A stretch of 64,000 bases of DNA. Source: Motilibacteraceae bacterium (GTDB lineage Bacteria; Actinomycetota; Actinomycetes; Motilibacterales; Motilibacteraceae). The stretch covers positions 13,319 through 77,318 of the forward strand of contig JBQCHF010000072.1 of the NCBI GenBank assembly GCA_051954955.1, written 5' to 3'. This document shows positions 27,056-34,668 of this stretch, piece by piece (the first letter of the stretch is position 1; every line of letters begins with the position of its first letter). A program made the translations under genes and the position numbers. The notes under the pieces were generated by a model. That model was not told the DNA's origin, did no database searches, and was given only the letters and a program-made list of their open reading frames with translations.

Positions 27056-27955
27056 CTACGCCGAGCGGGTGATCGTCGCGAGGGCGACGCTGCCCATGTC
27101 GACCGGGCGGGCCGACAGGCGGGTGCGGAAGTCGCTGTGCGAGGCGACGGCGGCGAAGTAGGCCTCGCGCCGGCGGGTGGCGCAGCCGTCGGGGCGACCG
27201 ACCGGCTGGACCAGCTCGGGCTCCAGCGCGGAGTTCATGCCGTCGCGCAGCAGGCTCAGGGCCTCGGCCCGCATCTGGGAGACGCGGGACTCGGTGACGC
27301 CGAGCTCGACCGCGATCTCCGCCATCGGCCGCTCCTCGAAGAAGTAGCGGACGACGACGGTGCGCAGGCGCTCAGGCAGCACCGCGATGGCGTCGTGCAG
27401 GTAGCCGATCTTCTCGTTGAGCAGCAGGCGCTCGTCCGGGCTCTCGTCGCCGACCGGAGCGACCTCGTCCAGCGCGGAGGGGTCGGCGAAGCCCTGCAGG
27501 CTCAGCACGACGGCGCGCTGCACGTCCTCCTCCACCGACTCCACCTCGCCGACGGCGACGCCCAGGTGGGCGGCGATCTCCTCGGCGGTGGGGGTGCGGC
27601 CCAGGACACCGGCCAGCGCCTCGATGGCGGCGTCGCGGCGGCGGGCCTTGGAGCGGACCGAGCGACTGGCCCAGTCGTGGCTGCGCAGCTCGTCGATGAG
27701 GGCGCCGCGGATGCGGGTGCTGGCGAACCGACCGAACGGCACCCCGCGCTCGGGGTCGAAGCCGCGGGCGGCCTGGGCCAGGGCGGCGAGGCCGGCCGAC
27801 ATCAGCTCGTCGCGGCTCACGTGGGCCGGGACGCGGCCGATCATCTCGGAGACGAGGTAGCCGACCAGCGGCAGGTTCGTCGTCACGAGCTCCTCCTCGA
27901 CGCCCCGGTCGACGGGGCGGCGGGGGGCCGGGATGGGCATCGGCGTCACGGTCAT
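27056..27955 (-). CDS. fliA: Flagellar alternative sigma factor, FliA/WhiG (sigma-28) family, with a C-terminal extension of about 55 aa
   Basis: Region 2: [12 protein letters not shown]...[43 protein letters not shown]. Region 3: EEIAAHLGV. Region 4: [49 protein letters not shown] further 55 aa of unrecognised sequence follow. Confidence 0.9.
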   Translation of the reverse strand: MTVTPMPIPAPRRPVDRGVEEELVTTNLPLVGYLVSEMIGRVPAHVSRDELMSAGLAALAQAARGFDPERGVPFGRFASTRIRGALIDELRSHDWASRSVRSKARRRDAAIEALAGVLGRTPTAEEIAAHLGVAVGEVESVEEDVQRAVVLSLQGFADPSALDEVAPVGDESPDERLLLNEKIGYLHDAIAVLPERLRTVVVRYFFEERPMAEIAVELGVTESRVSQMRAEALSLLRDGMNSALEPELVQPVGRPDGCATRRREAYFAAVASHSDFRTRLSARPVDMGSVALATITRSA

Positions 27956-28133
27956 GGGGATCCCCTCGGCCGATTGGTGGCCTCGAGTTGAGCCCCCGGA
28001 GTGAAAACGGCTAGGGGTGGCTAGTCCCCTCGGTCCCGATGGCCCGGGCCCTCTGGGTCCAAAGACCTAGACGACCGGTGCACGCGGACAGGTCGGTGCC
28101 CGATTGCGACATGAATCGGTGGCACGAGACGGC

Positions 28134-28160
28134 TCAGAAGCCAGCCGCTCCAGCCGACAG
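28134..28160 (+). promoter_or_regulatory. Candidate sigma-28 (FliA)-type promoter of the flgN-flgK-flgL-fliW operon
   Basis: Plus-strand sequence is TCAG-aagccagccgctcca-GCCGACAG, 75 nt upstream of the flgN ATG. Confidence 0.5.
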
Positions 28161-28234
28161 GTGGTCAGACAGCAGCTCGGTGGGACCGCAGGCAGCGGCA
28201 GCTCACCCGGAAGCGGAAGAGAGGTGCACGACCC

Positions 28235-28717
28235 ATGGGACTGGCTGAGGTGTCGAGCGTCCTCTGGCGTGAGCGGGAGCTGCTCGAGCTGCTCCTGTTC
28301 AAGCTCGAGGAGGAGCAGCTCGTCCTGACGTCGGGGCGCACCCGCTGGCTGGCGCGCGCCACCAAGGAGGTCGAGGTCGTCCTGGAGGAGATCCGCCGCG
28401 CCGAAGTGCTGCGGGCCGCCGAGGTCGACGCCCTGGGCGTCGCGCTCGGCCTCGGAGCCTCCCCGAGCCTCTCCAGGCTCGCTGACTCCGTGGACGAGCC
28501 CTGGTCGTCGATGCTCCAGCAGCACCGGCAGGCCTTCCTCACCATGACCGCCGAGATCACGGCGCTGGCCGAGTCGAACCGCGACCTGCTCACCGCCGGC
28601 GCCCGCGCCACCCGCGAAGCGCTGCTCTCGCTCACCGACGGCGCCGAGACGTACACGCCGGGCGGCGCGACGGTCAGCGTCGGCTCGCGCCACCGGCTGC
28701 TGGACCAGGCCCTGTGA
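28235..28717 (+). CDS. flgN: FlgN-family flagellar export chaperone
   Basis: Sequence LAEVSSVLWRERELLELLLFKLEEEQLVLTSGRTRWLARATKEVEVVLEEIRRAEVLRA... is helical. Position immediately upstream of flgK-flgL. Confidence 0.7.
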   Translation: MGLAEVSSVLWRERELLELLLFKLEEEQLVLTSGRTRWLARATKEVEVVLEEIRRAEVLRAAEVDALGVALGLGASPSLSRLADSVDEPWSSMLQQHRQAFLTMTAEITALAESNRDLLTAGARATREALLSLTDGAETYTPGGATVSVGSRHRLLDQAL

Positions 28718-28724
28718 GCCGCGC

Positions 28725-30125
28725 GTGAGCACCTTCTCCGGGCTGTCCACCGCCCTCTCCGCTCTGTACGCCCAGCGCCGCGGCCTGGACGTGACCGGCC
28801 AGAACATCGCCAACGCCAACACCGAGGGCTACTCCCGCCAGCGGGTGGACCTGCAGTCCGTCGGCGCACCGGTCACCCCGGCCATCTGGTCGGTCTACAG
28901 CGGCGCTGGCCAGGGCGTCGATGTCAGCGGGGTCCAGCGCCTGCGGGACGCCTTCCTGGAGCTGCGCGGCCAGACCGAGCACGGACGACTCTCCTACTTC
29001 CAGGGCGTGGACGCCGTCTACGGCCAGATCGAGCAGTCACTGGGCGAGCCCAGCGACACCGGCATCCAGTCCCAGCTGTCCGACTTCTGGGCCGGCTGGC
29101 ACGACGTGGCGAACGCCCCTGGCGACCCTGCAGCCCGCAGCCAGCTTCTTCAGCGCGCCCAGACCCTGACCGACGGCCTGAACAAGGCGGCTGACTCGCT
29201 CTCCACCCAGTGGGGGCAGCTGCGCGAGCAGCTCGGGACGACCCTCAGCGACGTCAACAGCGTGGCGGCGAACGTCGCTGACCTGAACCAGGCCATCCTC
29301 CGGGCCGACCAGGCCGGCCTGCCGGACAGCGAGCTGAAGGACCAGCGGGACGGCCTGGTGATGAAGCTGGCCGACGCCGTCGGCGGCCGAGTGGTCTACG
29401 GGGACAACGGTGTCGCCGATGTGTACCTCGGTGGGACCGCGCTGGTCCGCGGCTCGACCTCGCTGAAGCTGCAGGTCTCCGGCGCCTCCGACCTCCAGTC
29501 GCAGTCGACAGACCCCGTCCGCATCACGTGGGCCAAGGACGGATCCCCTGCCGACGTGACGACCGGCTCGGCCGCTGCGCTGGCCCAGGGCCTGACGACC
29601 ACGGTCCCGAGCACCCTCGCCTCGCTGGACTCCGTCGCCGCCGCGGTGGTCACCCGCGTGAATGCGCTCCACACCGGCGGATTCGACCTTGCCGGGAACC
29701 CGGGCGCTGATTTCTTCGACCCGGCAGGAACGACCGCGGCCGGCATCCGGCTCAACCCTGCGCTCACGGACCACCCCGAGCTGGTGGCGGCCTCCGGGAC
29801 CGCCGGCGCCACCCTCGACGCCAGCCAGGCCGACGCGTTGGCGCGCCTCGGCACTGACCCGACCGGTCCGGACTCGACCTACCGCCAGGTCATCGTCGAC
29901 CTCGGGGTGCAGGCGCAGACGGCCACGCGCCGGGCTGCGATCCAGTCCGACGTCACCAGCCAGGTCGACGCCGCGCGCGACGCGCAGTCCGGCGTCAACT
30001 TGGACGAAGAGATGATCAATATGGTGCAGTACCAGCACGCCTACGAGGGGGCGGCGCGCCTCATGACGGCGGTCGACCAGACCCTCGACACGCTCATCCA
30101 CAACACCGGACTCGTGGGGCGGTGA
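28725..30125 (+). CDS. flgK: Hook-associated protein 1 FlgK
   Basis: N-terminus STFSGLSTALSALYAQRRGLDVTGQNIANANTEGYSRQRV. C-terminus VNLDEEMINMVQYQHAYEGAARLMTAVDQTLDTLI. Confidence 0.95.
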   Translation: MSTFSGLSTALSALYAQRRGLDVTGQNIANANTEGYSRQRVDLQSVGAPVTPAIWSVYSGAGQGVDVSGVQRLRDAFLELRGQTEHGRLSYFQGVDAVYGQIEQSLGEPSDTGIQSQLSDFWAGWHDVANAPGDPAARSQLLQRAQTLTDGLNKAADSLSTQWGQLREQLGTTLSDVNSVAANVADLNQAILRADQAGLPDSELKDQRDGLVMKLADAVGGRVVYGDNGVADVYLGGTALVRGSTSLKLQVSGASDLQSQSTDPVRITWAKDGSPADVTTGSAAALAQGLTTTVPSTLASLDSVAAAVVTRVNALHTGGFDLAGNPGADFFDPAGTTAAGIRLNPALTDHPELVAASGTAGATLDASQADALARLGTDPTGPDSTYRQVIVDLGVQAQTATRRAAIQSDVTSQVDAARDAQSGVNLDEEMINMVQYQHAYEGAARLMTAVDQTLDTLIHNTGLVGR

Positions 30126-30129
30126 CCGC

Positions 30130-31017
30130 GTGACGACGTTTCGGATCACTCAGCGCTCGGTGGGCGAGCGGACCCTCGCCGGGCTTCAGACGAACCTCGC
30201 GCGGATGGGCAAGCTCCAGGAGCAGCTCTCCAGCGGCAAACTGATCTCCAAGCCGTCGGACGATCCCACGGGAACGGTGTCGGCGCTGCAGATCCGCTCG
30301 CAGGTCCGCACCCAGCAGCAGTGGTCGCGCAACGCCTCCGACGGCGTGGGTTGGCTCAACACCACCGACACGACGCTCACCGGGATGCTCGGCGAGGTCC
30401 GGCGCGTCCGCGAGCTCGCCCTCCAGGGCGCCAACAGCGGCGCCGCCGGCCAGGACGCCCGCGAGGCGATGGCAGCCGAGGTGGACAAGATCAAGGAGTC
30501 GTTGATCAGCGACGCGAACACGCGGTACCTGGACCGTCCCATCTTCGGCGGGACGACCGGGGGTACCGCTGCGTACGCCTCCGACGGGACCTTCCTCGGG
30601 CAAACCGCAGGCGTCTACCGCACGGCGGGAGACGGCGCCCCGGTGCGGATCGACGTCACCGGCCCCGAGGTGTTCGGCAGCGGCGCGAGTTCTCTGTTCG
30701 CCGTCGTCCAGCAGGTGTCCGACGACCTCCGCAACAACCCAGCCAGCCTCAGCAACGACCTGGGGGCGATCGACGGCGCCATGAAGAACCTCACGAACAG
30801 GCTCTCCGACGTCGGAGCGCGGTCGAACCGGCTGGACACCATGCGCCAGGCCGCCGAAGACGCTGCGGGGAGCCTCACGAACCACCTCGCCGACGTCGAG
30901 TCGATCGACCTTCCGGCCACCGTCGTACAACTTCAGCTGCAGCAGACGGCGTACCAGGCTGCGCTGGGCGCAACCAGCCGGGTCGTGACGCCGTCCCTGA
31001 TCGACTTCCTCAGGTGA
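30130..31017 (+). CDS. flgL: Hook-associated protein 3 FlgL
   Basis: Flagellin-like termini: RITQRSVGERTLAGLQTNLARMGKLQEQLSSGKLISKPSDDP... and ...DLPATVVQLQLQQTAYQAALGATSRVVTPSLIDFLR. Confidence 0.9.
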   Translation: MTTFRITQRSVGERTLAGLQTNLARMGKLQEQLSSGKLISKPSDDPTGTVSALQIRSQVRTQQQWSRNASDGVGWLNTTDTTLTGMLGEVRRVRELALQGANSGAAGQDAREAMAAEVDKIKESLISDANTRYLDRPIFGGTTGGTAAYASDGTFLGQTAGVYRTAGDGAPVRIDVTGPEVFGSGASSLFAVVQQVSDDLRNNPASLSNDLGAIDGAMKNLTNRLSDVGARSNRLDTMRQAAEDAAGSLTNHLADVESIDLPATVVQLQLQQTAYQAALGATSRVVTPSLIDFLR

Positions 31018-31046
31018 CCCTGCACATGTGCCCCGGCGCACCCGAG

Positions 31047-31457
31047 ATGGTGAAGGATGGGCGCGTGACGAAGGAGCAGGACCTACCAGTCATCGACCTC
31101 GTGTCTCCCATCGCCGGCTTCCCCGAGCACCGGCGGTTCGTGCTGGTACAGCTGGACGATGCGGGTCTCCTGTCGGCCCTCCGGTCCGTCGACGACCCGG
31201 ACCTGCGCTTCCTGGTCGTCCCTCCGGCGCCGTTCTTCCCCGGGTACGAGCCAGAGATCGACGACGAGTGGGCCGAGCGCCTACAGCTGCGCCGCCAGGA
31301 CGAGGCGCTCGTGCTGATCATCGTCACCCCCGGCCCCACCGCCGCGGACTCCACCGCCAACCTCTTGGCCCCGGTCGTCGTGAACACCCGGACCCGGGTC
31401 GCGGCGCAGGTGCTGCTCGAGGGCAACCTTCCCCTGAAGGCCCCCCTCGCCGCGTGA
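31047..31457 (+). CDS. fliW: Flagellar assembly factor FliW (flagellin-binding CsrA antagonist)
   Basis: Sequence: IDLVSPIAGFPEHRRFVLVQLDDAGLLSALRSVDDPDLRFLVVPPAPFFPGYEPEIDDEWAERLQL...LVLIIVTPG...TANLLAPVVVNTRTRVAAQVLL. This fits the FliW family pattern. The start is ATG 31047, or GTG 31065 with GAAGGA upstream. The rest of track ORF 30321..31457 is out-of-frame over flgL. Confidence 0.8.
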   Translation: MVKDGRVTKEQDLPVIDLVSPIAGFPEHRRFVLVQLDDAGLLSALRSVDDPDLRFLVVPPAPFFPGYEPEIDDEWAERLQLRRQDEALVLIIVTPGPTAADSTANLLAPVVVNTRTRVAAQVLLEGNLPLKAPLAA

Positions 31458-31567
31458 AGGCGCGGCCCTCGATCCGGCCGATGAGAACGCCACGCGAGGC
31501 ATGCTTCGCGAATAGGCTGGGCGGAACGCCCGGTGGACATGGGCGCACCCATGGAAGGGGCCCGCCA

Positions 31568-31849
31568 GTGCTCGTCCTCAGTCGCCGCGCCGGCGAGAGC
31601 ATCGTGGTCGGCGACGACGTCGTCGTTACCGTGCTCGAGGTGAGGAGCGACGTCGTCCGGATCGGCATCGACGCCCCCCGCTCCGTTCGTGTGCACCGCG
31701 AAGAGGTCTACCGGGAGCTGCAGGCCGCGAACCAGGCCGCGGCGAGCAGCGTCGGACCGTCCGACGAGGCGCTCGTCCAGGCTATCCACTCGCTGCTGCC
31801 CCCGACGGCCCGGGTATCGGAGCCCCCCCTCCCTCCCGCCGCCGACTGA
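31568..31849 (+). CDS. csrA: Carbon storage regulator CsrA (RNA-binding translational repressor), long C-terminal tail
   Basis: GTG 31568 is preceded by GGAAGGGG. Sequence VLVLSRRAGESIVVGDDVVVTVLEVRSDVVRIGIDAPRSVRVHREEVYRELQAAN compares well with E. coli [55 protein letters not shown]. A Pro-rich tail of about 38 aa follows. Hidden inside track ORF 31028..31849. Confidence 0.85.
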   Translation: MLVLSRRAGESIVVGDDVVVTVLEVRSDVVRIGIDAPRSVRVHREEVYRELQAANQAAASSVGPSDEALVQAIHSLLPPTARVSEPPLPPAAD

Positions 31850-31913
31850 CCGCCCCGAAGGCTCGCCACCGCCCGGCTGCTGCCGATAGGTCGTGCGAGG
31901 TCTGGGAGGTCAC

Positions 31914-34073
31914 ATGGTCCATCAACCCGTCACGGTCGCCGTGCAGGTCGGCAACGATCCGGCCGCGACCCGCTCGATGCTCGACGCGGTCCTCGGACAG
32001 CTCGGCGTGCGTGACGAGCTCATCCTGCTGTGCCCGCAGAACGAGCGCACGACGCCCTGGCGGTCGAGCAGGGCACGGATCGTCGTCTTCGACGGGTCCG
32101 GCCCCGACGCGGCGACCCGGGCAGCGCTGGAGGCGGCACAGCACGACCGCGTGCTGGTCACCTGCGACGACGTGATCTTCAGCCACCGCCTGGTGGAGCG
32201 ACTCGCTCACGCCCTCGACAGCGACCCTGCCCTGGTGGCCGTCGGCCCGCTGGCGCCACACGTCAACGGCATCCAGCGGGTGGACCTGCCCGACGACGTC
32301 GCCGGCGACCTGCGCGCCCTGCGCCGCTGGATGAGCGAGGTGGGGCGCGGCGCAGGCGACTCGGTTCTGCCGGCGCGCCGGCTGGATCCCGTGTGCCTGC
32401 TCCTGCGTCGCGAGGGTGCGTCCCTCACGGCCCCCGGCCTCGGCCCGGTTGGGTCCCTGGCGGTCGTGCCCGGGGCGGTAGTCGCACATTTGGAGTCCGA
32501 GGGCTGCGCACGCGCCCTGGCCGCTGACGACCCCCTGCTCAGCCTCTGCATGATCGTCAAGGACGAGGAGGCGAGCATCCTCGACACCATCGAGAGCGCG
32601 CGGCGCATCGTCGACGAGGTCATCGTGTACGACACAGGCTCTCGGGACCGCACCAGGGACCTGGCGCGGGAGGCGGGAGCCCACGTCGTGGAGGGGTTCT
32701 GGAACAACCACTTCGCCGAGGCGCGGAATCGGGCCGCGGAGCACGTCCGCACCCCGTGGATGCTGGTCCTGGACGCGGACGAGACCCTCACCGTCGACAA
32801 CCCTGCCGCCCTTCGAGCCTTCCTGCGCAGGACGACGTGCGACGCTCTCCTCGTGGGCGTCCGCAACACCCACGACCTGGGTGGGGTGAGCCTCGAGAAC
32901 TGGAGCGTCCGGGTGATGCGCCCGATGGCGGCGCGGTACGTCAACCCCCTGCACGAGCAGGTCGTCCACTCCATGACCGGCGAACAGATCGATCTACTGC
33001 AGACACGTTATGACGACCTTCGCGTCGAGCACGTCGGCTACCGGCGCCAGCGGATGGAGGATCGGGACAAGACCCGGCGCAACTACGAGATCGCGATCAG
33101 CGGGCTCGCAGCGGCGAGAACGTCCGGGTCCGTCGGCGTGCTGATGGATGCCCTGGTCAACGCCGGCCGCTCCGCGACCGGCACTGAGCAGCTGTGCCGG
33201 GAGGCGCTCACCTTCCTCGAAGAGGCGTGGAAGCACTTCACCGAGACGAATCAGTACAGCGGCACGGCCTCTCTCGGGGCCTACACCGCCGCCATGCATT
33301 CCATCGTTCTGGGCGAGATGGAGGCCGCCGCCACGTGGCGGGACCGGTTCCGCAGAGCCTCGGGGAACGAGTCCGAGGCCGTCGTCATCGATGCCAACAT
33401 CGCCGCCCGCTCGGGAGAGACACAGCGAGCCATCGAGCTGCTCGAGAGCCTGCCGGAGACCTACCTGGGCAGCATGGGTCGGCTCACCCCCCGGGCCCAT
33501 CTCCTTCCCACGGTGCTCGGCTGGCGGCTCTCATGCGGCCTGCCCACCGAGGTCACGGTCCGAGAGATGGTGCGAGGCGACGTCCCGCTGGTCGACCTCG
33601 ACCTGCTCTTGTCAGCGTTCGACGGCAGCAGTTCCGCCCTGGCGGAGGTGCTCACGTCCACACCTGCTCCGACCCTGCTCCGCTCGGTCTGCGGACAGGC
33701 GATCAGCCACCCTCAGGGGGGCGAGCTCCTCCGCAGCCTGCACGAGGCCGCACCCACCGAGCTTGCGCCCGTCGCGGCAGCCGCGAACCTTCCAGCGAAC
33801 GACCTCTCCCTCGAGGCCGCCGTCTACTGGTCCCTGGCCCTGCGGGCGGTCGGCCACGCCGAAGAGTGCCCGCTGCGCAAGATCCGGGACGGAGACCAGC
33901 CGTCGCGAGCAGCGGTCGCCTGCGCCGTCCTCGCCGACGCCTGCTCGGACGAGGAGTCCTGGAAGCTTCTCCCGGAGAAGCTGGGAGATGTTCCGAGCGA
34001 GGACGAGCACGAGGTCGTCGGGCTCCTCCAGACTTTCGCACCGCGAGTGGCGGACGCCGTGGTCTCCGCCTGA
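31914..34073 (+). CDS. Large glycosyltransferase with two tandem GT2 (GT-A) domains and a C-terminal helical domain; candidate flagellin glycosyltransferase
   Basis: ATG 31914 is preceded by GGGAGG; the track start GTG 31893 is also possible. Domain 1: VTVAVQVGNDP...VLVTCDDVIF. Domain 2: LSLCMIVKDEEASILDTIESARRIVDEVIVYDTGSRDRTRDLAREAGAHVVEGFWNNHFAEARNRAAEH...WMLVLDADETL. Domain 2 is clearly paralogous to the GT at 22484..23596. About 330 aa of helical sequence follow. Confidence 0.75.
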   Translation: MVHQPVTVAVQVGNDPAATRSMLDAVLGQLGVRDELILLCPQNERTTPWRSSRARIVVFDGSGPDAATRAALEAAQHDRVLVTCDDVIFSHRLVERLAHALDSDPALVAVGPLAPHVNGIQRVDLPDDVAGDLRALRRWMSEVGRGAGDSVLPARRLDPVCLLLRREGASLTAPGLGPVGSLAVVPGAVVAHLESEGCARALAADDPLLSLCMIVKDEEASILDTIESARRIVDEVIVYDTGSRDRTRDLAREAGAHVVEGFWNNHFAEARNRAAEHVRTPWMLVLDADETLTVDNPAALRAFLRRTTCDALLVGVRNTHDLGGVSLENWSVRVMRPMAARYVNPLHEQVVHSMTGEQIDLLQTRYDDLRVEHVGYRRQRMEDRDKTRRNYEIAISGLAAARTSGSVGVLMDALVNAGRSATGTEQLCREALTFLEEAWKHFTETNQYSGTASLGAYTAAMHSIVLGEMEAAATWRDRFRRASGNESEAVVIDANIAARSGETQRAIELLESLPETYLGSMGRLTPRAHLLPTVLGWRLSCGLPTEVTVREMVRGDVPLVDLDLLLSAFDGSSSALAEVLTSTPAPTLLRSVCGQAISHPQGGELLRSLHEAAPTELAPVAAAANLPANDLSLEAAVYWSLALRAVGHAEECPLRKIRDGDQPSRAAVACAVLADACSDEESWKLLPEKLGDVPSEDEHEVVGLLQTFAPRVADAVVSA

Positions 34074-34087
34074 GGTCCGCCGTCTCA

Positions 34088-34137
34088 CCGAACGCAGTGG
34101 GCCCCTGTCACTCCAGGAGTGACAGGGGCCCGTTCGG
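34088..34137. terminator. Bidirectional terminator hairpin between convergent genes (the GT gene and the last che gene)
   Basis: GGGCCCCTGTCACTCC-a-GGAGTGACAGGGGCCC is a 16-bp perfect inverted repeat at 34099..34131. It is extended by CCGAAC/GTTCGG arms across a 5-nt bulge. Confidence 0.65.
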
Positions 34138-34169
34138 CGTGAGCCAAGCCACGGCTCGACCGGCAGCGC

Positions 34170-34661
34170 TCAGACCAGCACGACCGCCAGCTTCCCCGTC
34201 CCGTACCCGCCGATCTCGACGGACAGGTCCAACCGCCGGCCGATGGACCGCAGCGCGGCACTCACGTCGGCCGGCGGGATGTCGCCGGGGGCGTGCAGGG
34301 CGTAGAGCTTGGTGTGCACGTGGCCCGGCAGGTTGAACAGCGCGGACACGATGTTGAGGACCTCGTAGAGGTTGTCCCGCACCATGGGCGAGAGCTCGCG
34401 GTCCTCGACGCACGCCTCCGCGCCGCCCTTCGGGATCAGCCCGATCGAGGCGCCGGCGAACGCCGACAGCGGCAGGTCGCAGGCGACCAGCGCGCAGGTG
34501 CGCAGGGTGTCGTCCACGTAGACGGCGACGGAGACGAGCTCCTTCTCGCCGGGCACGAGCGGGTCGCACGGGGCGACCTCGACGTCGCGGCCGAGCAGCT
34601 CCTCGAGCATGTCCCGCACCGCCTTGGGGTGCGGCAGCGTGGTGGCAGCAGCCGTGGTCAT
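34170..34661 (-). CDS. CheX/CheC-class CheY-P phosphatase-like protein (second copy, divergent)
   Basis: The sequence contains DNLYEVLN. This fits the D/S-X3-E-X2-N active-site motif of the CheC/CheX/FliY phosphatase family, with a Pro 22 residues after the Asn. It is the last gene of the che operon. Assignment rests on this motif and on context only. Confidence 0.5.
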   Translation of the reverse strand: MTTAAATTLPHPKAVRDMLEELLGRDVEVAPCDPLVPGEKELVSVAVYVDDTLRTCALVACDLPLSAFAGASIGLIPKGGAEACVEDRELSPMVRDNLYEVLNIVSALFNLPGHVHTKLYALHAPGDIPPADVSAALRSIGRRLDLSVEIGGYGTGKLAVVLV

Positions 34662-34668
34662 CGGTCGA

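Noticed and set aside
27963-27995. TCAA-N17-GCCGAGGG just upstream of the fliA ATG as an autoregulatory promoter giving a leaderless mRNA
   Set aside because: The spacing is wrong (17 rather than 15) and the -10 deviates after GCCGA. The idea is attractive but unsupported.
28039-28248. 69-aa ORF upstream of flgN as a possible FlgM (also 28104..28328)
   Set aside because: It has no FlgM-like C-terminal helix pattern and poor third-position GC. It overlaps the flgN start and contains the candidate flgN promoter.
31481-31567. In-frame ATG that would give CsrA a 29-aa N-terminal extension
   Set aside because: The extension has poor GC3 and would bury the conserved N-terminal beta-strand (VLVLSRR) that forms part of the CsrA RNA-binding surface. 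GTG 31568 has its own SD (GGAAGGGG).
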